64,000 bases of DNA, taken from the NCBI GenBank assembly GCA_964016885.1, contig OZ024740.1:331638001-331702000 (forward strand). Reading direction: 5' to 3'. The position numbers were made by a program, and so were the translations under genes. This DNA is from Eledone cirrhosa (lineage: Eukaryota). Shown piece by piece: positions 55,695 to 64,000 of the stretch. How positions within the stretch are numbered: position 1 is the first letter of the stretch; the number at the start of each line of letters is the position of its first letter. The notes under the pieces are model-generated. The model was not told the origin of the DNA, did no database searches, and saw only the letters and a program-made list of their open reading frames with translations.

Positions 55695-56600
55695 GGAGGT
55701 GAGTTTTATTGTAGTACAATAAAGCAATGCAGATATCGGATAAGAAGCACTCTACAATTTGTGGGACTAGAGTATACATAATATATAAGATCAAAAGATG
55801 GTTAAAAGAGTTCCATGTATTTTATTTTTTAATAATTTTTGTTAACTCTTCCTCGAATTGCACTAGATTTTTGTTGGAAGGAGGATTTCTTCTAGAATTA
55901 AATAGATGATCGAGGAAGTTATGTTGCTTGGTATAGAAGTTCCCTTTTAGACGCTGGTCATAGAAATAAGCTATCCATCTAAGCCTTCTTACAAAGGAGT
56001 CAGTTTTTTCAATTAGAAGTTTGGTGAATTCAGATTTACCAGGTATAGGAATGTCTTTAGTTTAATTGGTTATGTTGTAATAATCCATGTTGTAGAAGAA
56101 AAAGGTAAAGGACCATCAAAAGGTATCCAATATGAGAGTTAGCGCTCAACCGTTAAGGAGCAAGTTAATGTAGGAGGTGAGTTTTATTGTAGTACAATAA
56201 AGCAATGCAGATATCGGATAAGAAGCACTCTACAATTTGTAGGACTGGAGTATAAATAATATATAAGACCAAAAGATGGTTAAAAGAGTTCCATGTATTT
56301 TATACCTGGTAAATCTGAATTCCCCAAACTTCTAATTGAAAAAACTGACTCCTTTGTAAGAAGGCTTAGATGGATAGCTTATTTCTATGACCAGCGTCTA
56401 AATGGGAACTTCTATACCAAGCAACATAACTTCCTCGATCATTTATTTAATTCTAGAAGAAATCCTCCTTCCAACAAAAATCTAGTGCAATTCGAGGAAG
56501 AGTTAACAAAAATTATGAAAAAATAAAATACATGGAACTCTTTTAACCATCTTTTGGTCTTATATATTATGTATACTCCAGTCCTACAAACTGTAGAGTG
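55690..56600. pseudogene. Rearranged N-terminal fragments of a Hydra-clade-like PLE ORF
   Basis: IPGKSEF.KLLIEKTDSFVRRLRWIAYFY (homologous to the start of the 21081 ORF) on minus 55690-56088 and plus 56300-56600; 55690-55822 duplicated at 56168-56300. Confidence 0.8.
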
Positions 56601-56794
56601 TACGTCAATACTCATCTTTTTCCATTTCTCTGAGGGTTCTAAACCCTACTATTAGGCTAATATTTATTTAGTCAAAAAGTACGGCGAAAGCTTCTATTTT
56701 CTAATTTCAAACTTGCCCGCTGTTTCAAAACACACTTACTTGTCATCATACTTGCTAAGAATGTAGCTTCTAATTTGAATAGGAAAAGATGGGT

Positions 56795-56864
56795 GATGTG
56801 TTGGTGTAGTGGTAGCACAGTGGTCTGGATAACCAAAGATGTGATTCGACTCCCATGTACGTCA
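56795..56864 (+). tRNA. tRNA-like cloverleaf (copy 1; probably not a translational tRNA)
   Basis: A box TGGTGTAGTGG, T loop TTCGACT, D stem GTGT/GCAC, anticodon stem TGGT/ACCA. Confidence 0.5.
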
Positions 56865-57051
56865 ATACTCATCTTTTTCCATTTCTCTGAGGGTTCCAAA
56901 CCCTACTATTAGGCTAACATTTCTTTAGTCAAAAAGTACGTCGAAAGCTTCTATTTTCTAATTTAAAACTTGCTCGCTGTTTCAAAACATACTTACTTGT
57001 CATCATACTTGCTAAGAATGTAGCTTCTAATTTGAATGGAAAAAGATGGTT

Positions 57052-57122
57052 GATGTGTTGGTGTAATGGTAGCACAGTGGTCTGGATAACCAAAGATGTG
57101 GGTCCGACTCCCATGTACGCCA
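57052..57122 (+). tRNA. tRNA-like cloverleaf (copy 2; tRNA-Gln-like scaffold, atypical loop CTGGATA)
   Basis: GATGTGT TG GTGT AATGGTA GCAC A GTGGT CTGGATA ACCAA AGAT GTGGG TCCGACT CCCAT GTACGCC A, 71 nt; acceptor stem has several G-U pairs and a mismatch. Confidence 0.55.
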
Positions 57123-57187
57123 ATACTCATCTTTTTCCATTTCTCTGAGGGTTCTAAACCCGACTATCAGGCTAAAATTTCTTTAGT

Positions 57188-57224
<37 letters not shown>

Positions 57225-57677
57225 GACTAAAGACATATATATATTGATGTATATATATATATATATATACATCATATTTGTTTGTTACCTTGTCGTTTCA
57301 ATTTGGATTGCCTGGGGAACGTAACCTTATTAAGCAAGAAGCTGTCTAATGAGAGCATGACACTGTTTACGCGGAATCATGTGGCGACAGTCGCCATCAA
57401 AATATGTATCACGGCCTTATCAATAAAGGACTTTAACATCAGAAATTACTTCGCATATATATATATATATATATATGTTAACACATAATAACATCCACAT
57501 CAGCTAGTCCTGGAGGACTTCCACGAAGATACTCGGATAAATGGAAACATTCAGGGTTCAAACTAAATGCTTTACATTCCCCTGAATCTGGAAGTTTCTG
57601 CTGAAGATAGAATGGGTATTCCAGTGGCTCTGAACCCTCATTATGGCAAAATTGTCTCTATTCTCCTAAATCTAAAA

Positions 57678-58002
57678 TGTCTGCTAGGGATGGAATTAGT
57701 ATTTCAATAACTCTGAATCTTCTTTGTGGCAAAATAAAAAACAAGGTCAATGTTATTGATTTCCTCTTAGAAAAAATACCAAGATCGATGTTTTTAGAAT
57801 CAATCACCCCCCCCCCCCCCCTCTTACACACACACACACACACACACACCTTAAATTTCTGCTAGGGATGGAACTAGTATCTCAATAACTCTCAATCTTC
57901 TTTGTGGCAAAAAACAAGGTCAATATTAAAGAGTTCTTCTAAGAAAAATTGCAAAGATAGATAATTATAGAGGCAATCGCGCCCCCCCCCCCCACACACA
58001 CA
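57678..58002. repeat. Diverged tandem duplication (~180-bp unit)
   Basis: TCTGCTAGGGATGGAA.TAGTAT.TCAATAACTCT.AATCTTCTTTGTGGCAAAA at ~57680 and ~57858, each ending in Cn(AC)n. Confidence 0.75.
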
Positions 58003-58259
58003 CTGGTCAACTCTAAGGTCACACGGCCTTTCAAATCAATCCCAGCCAAACCTTGTATCCACTATTCAAAGGCTCTCTCACAGCAGTCTGCTGTCACTCC
58101 TCCTCCTTCTTCTCTTCTCCCCTCCTGCTTCTACCCGCTCCAGTCACAACCAAGCTATTAGCAGAGAAGGATGGACAGAGAAATTAACTCTCTTCTCTGA
58201 ATGAACATGTATGTGAAAATTAATTTTTCTTCCCCTTTTTATTTTTATTATTATTATGT

Positions 58260-58440
58260 GAATTGGCAGTATTGGTAGAGGGTTGGACGACATGCTTTCT
58301 AGCATAGTTACGTCCCTTTACGGTCTGAGTTCAAATTCCGTCGAGGTTAACTATGCCTTTCATCCTTACGGGGTCGATAAAATAAAGTACCAGTAATACA
58401 CTGGTATAATTGCTGGCCTTATGCCAAAAGTTGAAATAAT
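58260..58440 (+). mobile_element. Family A SINE
   Basis: Same A/B boxes and core. Confidence 0.85.
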
Positions 58441-58617
58441 TATTATCATTATCACTATTTGTACAAATATGCAACTTACCAATTTTCTGCATATCCGCAA
58501 TTGACAAGGCATTTAATGTTGAAACCGATATTGTAAATAACTTAATATTTTGATATTTCACTGAAAAACTCTCTTCAACATGTTCTACTGAAACAATCTT
58601 TTTCCTTTCTACTATTT

Positions 58618-58652
<35 letters not shown>

Positions 58653-58739
58653 AAAGTTCTATTTAAATTGTTGGGTTACAACAAGCAAATATTTTTATAA
58701 CTGATATAAAGCACTCAACAAGTATTTGGAGTAAACATG

Positions 58740-59071
58740 CGATATTAACAAATGAAAAGTATATTTATAAAACCATATTTATTTTATTAAAACATATTTC
58801 AAGGACACCACGTTAAATTATGGTGTGGTTTCATCAGACAAAATACAATATAGATTAGTTTTATAAATAAATATTGACATACCCTTAAAAAATGCAACCA
58901 TTGCAACAGTAATGGTTGCATTTTTTAAGGGTATGTCAATATTTATTTATAAAACTGATCTATATTGTATTTTGTCTGATGAAAGCACACCATAATTTAA
59001 CGTGGTATCCTTGAAATATGCATAATAAAATATATATGGTTTTATAAATATAATTTCCATTTGTTAATATC

Positions 59072-59072
<1 letters not shown>
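58740..59072. mobile_element. Fold-back pLTR (~163-bp arms, 8-nt loop) with an HHR motif on each arm
   Basis: Arms 58740-58902 and 58911-59072; minus-arm motif at 58780-58845 has a decayed stem III. Confidence 0.85.
58968..59032 (+). ncRNA. Minimal hammerhead ribozyme
   Basis: TATTTTGT CTGATGA AAG...ACCAT..GTGGT...CTT GAAA TATGCA TA ATAAAATA; TATGCATA is palindromic. Confidence 0.8.
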
Positions 59073-59112
<40 letters not shown>

Positions 59113-59113
<1 letters not shown>

Positions 59114-61521
59114 TAGCATTAAAGCCCGGCGTTGCTCGGGTTCAGTAAGTTACCAAAGTTAGGTTGCACCACCCATTTTATGGCACCACTTTTTTGTCTG
59201 CCAGGCACTCGGTGAATGAATTGCAGACCTGGACTGCCGAGGCAGGAGTTGCGCCAGCAGTGACAATTGTAGTTTCGCCTATGGATATTATCTCTGTGCA
59301 AAGAAGTGTTGAAATTTATTGTTTCACAGTACTTGCGCAACACGCGCGTAGTCGATGCCAGCCGAACAACAGAGCTGCAATGGAGTTGTTCTGCATGGTT
59401 TTCTAATGTGTGTTTTCTAAATTTAAGACCGTAGGGAGGAGTGTGGTATGGGGGAGAGTTAGCTGTTGTTTCTAGCAGGTTTAGTAATCTCATATAGGAT
59501 ATGTTTTCTAAATTTAAGACAGTAGGGAGTGGTGTGATAAGGGGGATGGTTAGCTGCTGTTTCTAGCAGGGTTAGTGACCACATAGAGGATATTATTGTG
59601 TATAGTAAATGAACTGATCCTTCTTTCTACCACGTTCGTTGATAGATGTTTTAAAAGAGATTTATCGCTATTTTTGTTGTTGTTGAATAAATTTATCTGT
59701 TGCCTTTGAATATGGGGGAGAGTTAGCTGCTGTTTCTAGCAGGTTTAGTGACCTTATAGAGGATATTATTGTGTATAGTAAATGAACTGATACTTCTTTC
59801 TTCCACTTTCGTTGATAGATGTTTTAAAAAAGATTTATCGCTATTTTTTTGTTGTTGAATAAATTTATCTGTTGCTTTTGAATAATTGTTGTTTCGTATG
59901 AAATGTAATAAGTTCTCTTTGTCATTGAAGTAAATAAATGTTTGACCGTTCCACACTCAAAAACAAACGTTCTCTCTCTCTCTCTCTCTCCCTCACATAC
60001 TCTCTCTCTCTCTCTTAAAGTTTAAGGGGTGTGGTGTAGAGAGAGAAAATATTATTGTAGTACAGGGGTAAAGCGTTATGTATTAGTTTTATCCATTACA
60101 TCCGTAATTGTGGGGGAGTCTGATGAAATAAATAGTCGTTGACTTAAGTTGGACCATTTACAACATTCTTACAGACATTGAGTCGAATCGGTTTGAAATT
60201 GTCCAAATGTATAAACATGGAGCATGCGCGCACACACACACAACAACAACAATCTGCCTTTTATAGATAACTAGCATTAAAGCCCGGCGTTGCTCAGGGT
60301 CAGTAAGTTACCAAAGGTAGGTTGCACCACCATTTTATGGCAACACTTTTTGTCTGCCAGGCACTGGGTGAATGAATTGCAGACCTGGACTGCCGAAGCA
60401 GGAGCTGCGCCAGCAGTGACAATTGTAGTTTCGCCTATGTATAGTATCTCTGTGCAAAGAAGTGTTGAAATTTATTGTTTCACAGTACTTGCGCAACACG
60501 CGCGTACACGATGCCAGCCGAACAACAGAGCTCCGATGGAGTTGTTCTGCATGGTTGTCTAATGTGTATTTTCTAAATTTAAGACAGTAGGGAGGAGTGT
60601 GGTATGGGGGAGAGTTAGCTGTTGTTTCTAGCAGGTTTACTGACCTCTTAGAGGATATGTGTTTTCTAAATTTAAGACAGTAGGGAGGGGTGTAATATGG
60701 GGGAGAGTTAGCTGCTGTTTCTAGCAGGTTTAGTGACCTCATAGAGGATATGTGTTTTCTAAATTTAAGACAGTAGGGAGTAGTGTGATATGTGGGAGAG
60801 TTAGCTGCTGTTTCTAGCAAGTTTAGTGACCTCATAGAGGATATGTTTTCTAAATTTAAGACATTAGTGACTGGTGTGATATGGGGGATAGTTAGCTGCT
60901 GTTTCTAGCAGGTTTAGTGACTTCATAGAGGATATTATTGTGCATCATTATCTATAAAAGGCAGATTGTTGTTGTTGTGTGTGTGTGTGCACATGTTCCA
61001 TGTTTATACATTTGCACAATTTCAAACCGATTCGACTCAAAGTTTGTAAGAATCCACGTTCGTTCAGTGGTTTTAAAAAAGATTTATCACTATATTTGTT
61101 GTTGAATAAATTTATATGTTGCTTTTGAATAATTGTCGTTTCGTATGAAATGTAATAATTTCTCTTTGTCATTGAAGTAAATAAATGTTTGACCGTTCCA
61201 CACTCAAAAAAAAACGTTCTCTTTCTCTCTCCCTCTCACTGTCTTCTCTCTCTCTCTTCGGCGTTCCTAAAGGAAGTTTGTAAGCCTGTATGTAGTTTTA
61301 TCAAATTTGAAGGGGAGTAGAGAGAGGTGAGCAGATTCTATTAGAGGGGTAAGGCGTCATGTATTTAGTTTTATCGATTATTTCCATAATTCTGGGTGAG
61401 TTTGACCTGAGTCAGAAGATTTACAACATTCCTACAGACTTTGCGTCGAATCGGTTTGAAATGGTACAAATGTATAAACATGGAACATGTGCACACAAAA
61501 CAACAATCTGCCTTTTATAGA
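59113..61521 (-). mobile_element. Two head-to-tail non-autonomous Helitrons (59113-60267 and 60271-61521) with internal ~93-bp minisatellite
   Basis: Minus strand: 5' TCTATAAAAGG, 3' hairpin CCCGAGCAACGCCGGG about 10 nt before CTAG; A|TC and CTAG|T junctions; no TSD. Confidence 0.8.
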
Positions 61522-61537
61522 TAACCTTTTATAGATA

Positions 61538-61720
61538 ATTGTTTCTACTTTTGGCACAAGGCCAGCAATTATCCAGTACATTACTGGTACTTTATTTTAT
61601 CGACCCCATAAGGATGAAAGGCAAAGTTAACCTCGGCGGGATTTGAACTCAGAATGGCAAGGGCCGTAACTCTATGCGTCAAAGCATGGCGTCCAACCCT
61701 CTACCGATACTGCCAATTCA
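61538..61720 (-). mobile_element. Family A SINE
   Basis: Reverse complement of the family core with A/B boxes. Confidence 0.88.
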
Positions 61721-61786
61721 AATGATGATGATATATATATTGTGACGAAACATAAGTCAATTGCATGAACTTATAATCCTTTATTT

Positions 61787-61842
61787 ACTGCTATATATAT
61801 TTCGATGATAGCCATTGAGTGGCTATGACGTCATCAGGCAGT
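61787..61842 (-). ncRNA. Minimal hammerhead ribozyme
   Basis: ACTGC CTGATGA CGTC ATAGCCA CTCAA TGGCTAT CATC GAAA TATATA TA GCAGT. Confidence 0.8.
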
Positions 61843-62461
61843 TAGTCAGTTCTTAGATATGCCAGCTCAGTGTTTATGGTGTTGATTATATCAGAGCCTT
61901 GGGACATATGAACTTGTTAGGAATAATTTAATGTTGTCAGCAGGAATAATCTTAATTCTCATTGGTCAGTTTGTAGATGCTAGTAAGGTTGGTATTTGAC
62001 CTCAAAGAGGCAGGTGGTCTTGTAAAATTCAAACGATCAGGCAAGATGACAATAGTTCCATATGACTGATTTTCACAAAAAGCATTCCTGGTCAGATATA
62101 TATTCAATTGGTGTTTATAGTATGAAATTCGATACTACAGGTCAATCTTAAATTGAGGAATTTATGTAGGGTGGTACTACTGACAATTATGGTTAGAGTA
62201 GAATACTAGAAAATTTACATATAAAAAGACTTATGTTGTTTGACTTGCACATACATTCACACCCACCCCACAGACACACACGCACATCCACACATACAAA
62301 TTGAGGAATTTATATGGGGTGATAATACTGAAAATTATGGTAAGAGTCAAATACTTACAGAGTTTAGAAATAAAAAGACCTATGTTGGTAGACTTGTACA
62401 TACACTCACACCTACCCCCTCAGACACACACACACACATCTACACACACAAATCCATACAG

Positions 62462-62493
<32 letters not shown>

Positions 62494-63166
62494 GTACGCA
62501 TAAGTGCATATATATATACGACAGAGGCCCCAAATCCAAGTATATTGTAGGCATAAAACGTGGTGGGTGTTATTTTTAAAGAAAATAAAGTGGATGTTTG
62601 GAAAAGTTATTGTTTAGACTAGACAAAGTAGAGTGAGATTTATATCTTCACAGCAATAGCTTGGGGGCTTTGGGGCTTAGGCGAATCTCTCAGTACAGAT
62701 ACACATACCCAGCCACACTTTTATACATCTGGATGCGCGTGTATGTCTATATACACATGTGCACTCATACAAAAGAGCATACACAAACATACTCCTAGGC
62801 ATACACTTGAACATTTTTCAAATGCAACCTGGAGTATTAGTATTTCGTTGGGTTCACATGAGTGTGTACACTCAAGTAATCCCAGTATACACACACTATG
62901 TGTATAGGGTTAGTACCTTGGTATGATTGTTCTTCCTGTGTGGGCCACTCCCTGAGGGGGGGTCCTCAGGTTCAATAAACGAGGTTTTGTTGCTCCTAAC
63001 CAGAAGAGGATCCGGTGGACAATCCACCGTAGGGACTACAAACTATGGGTGGTTGTAGTCCATTGGTGATTGGTACAGGGTGTAGGGGACCTACATTAAG
63101 GCCAGAACCGGGGTTTATCCATATAGCTTGAGGAAAGTTGCCGTCCTTAGGTGTCAGCAGGCGCCG

Positions 63167-63217
<51 letters not shown>

Positions 63218-63695
63218 TGTGTTTGTTGAGACGTTGAATATGACTTTGAACTATATGGAGGATAGGAGATTCCTTCTGCATTCTAGCGAAAATACATTAA
63301 ATATATGAGAGCTTTCAGTACTTTCATAAATTAAAACCTCCCTCATGAGTATTTTCCTTCACCCACATTCATAATAAACATAAATATCTTCCATATATTC
63401 CAATTTCTCGTTCTCTCCTTCTCTCTCTTTCACACACATACACACACACATATATATATTGATGATGTCTCCCGAATGAAACATTTCTAGTCCTGTAGAA
63501 GCCATTTCTATATTAAATAAATAATAAATAAATATATAAATATATATAAGAGGAGAAACAGACAAACGCAGCCGAGGTAAATATATATAAAAAACATGAG
63601 AAGAAAGAAGAATGTATGTATGGGCGGTGAAAAGGAGGTGTGTGTTAGTGGTGTTAGTGGGGGATAAGTGTGGGGGGGGGGGGGGCGTTCGAAGG

Positions 63696-64000
63696 CTAAA
63701 GGAATAAGGGTGGGGAGTTCAGGCCGGGGGGAGTGTGGGTCTGTAAGATGAAGATAGTTCGTTGTTCGACCGTAAGGCGATTGGCGGGTGTTCCGTGGCA
63801 CTGGAGTAGGCCACAGACTGTGAGATGGCGTGCGGAATGTGCAGGGCCCCCAAAGTGGCGGGCGATGGGGGAACTACCCCCGAGACGAATATCCCGGAGG
63901 TGCTCAGTGAATCGGTCCGCCAGGCGACGTCCCGTCTCTCCTCCAGCGAAGTCCGTAGACTATGTTGGAGGAGGTGCAGCGGAAGGCATGCCGGACAGAG
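63696..64000 (-). pseudogene. Neptune-type PLE GIY-YIG endonuclease C-terminus (internally deleted; runs off the window)
   Basis: By-eye translation: FRCTSSNIVY...[deletion/frameshift]...GETGRRLADRFTEHLRDI...SPIARHF...H...LTVCGL...EQRTIFILQTHTPPGLN; not in the ORF track. Confidence 0.8.

Larger units (their letters stand above)
56601..57190 (+). repeat. Tandem repeat, ~257-bp unit, ~2.3 copies
   Basis: TACG.CAATACTCATCTTTTTCC starts at 56601, 56858 and 57116. Confidence 0.9.

Noticed and set aside
56625-56700. CTGAGGG...CGAAAGCTTCTA as a hammerhead in the 257-nt unit
   Set aside because: Core is not CTGANGA and the putative stem I arms (TTTCT, TTTTC) are not complementary.
59119-59493. 124-aa ORF (and 60335-60835) as a Helitron RepHel or captured gene
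   Set aside because: No HUH or helicase motifs recognised; partly minisatellite translation.
60560-60940. Regularly spaced repeats suggestive of a CRISPR array
   Set aside because: Whole ~93-bp units repeat with no unique spacers, no cas genes, eukaryotic context; Helitron-internal minisatellite.

Overview
AT-rich, microsatellite-dense eukaryotic DNA with no host gene that I can support from sequence alone. The two tRNA-derived SINE families resemble octopus SINEs, so a coleoid cephalopod source is likely (inference). The window is mostly mobile DNA sorted by microsatellite target. It holds several decayed Penelope-like retroelements (PLEs; mostly Hydra-clade-like, RT plus C-terminal GIY-YIG) and many fold-back pseudo-LTR fragments in (TA)n, three Tx1/L1-type LINE copies in (GATA)n, a Dong/R4-like fragment in (TAA)n, an inverted RTE fragment, non-autonomous Helitrons and a piggyBac-type MITE. 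The most striking hidden layer is about 20 type I hammerhead ribozyme (HHR) motifs from about 11 unrelated sequence families, read by eye on both strands. Best candidates for new biology: (1) a ~316-nt non-coding head-to-tail repeat with one HHR per unit (retrozyme-like, probably via circular RNA); (2) a ~257-nt tandem unit carrying a tRNA-like cloverleaf and fused to a PLE fragment; (3) a TYGAGYRCY motif shared by unrelated pLTRs; (4) two in-frame TGA codons at likely cysteine positions in one PLE ORF; (5) apparent (GATA)n targeting by the Tx1 family. All folds and alignments were done by eye and need computational confirmation.
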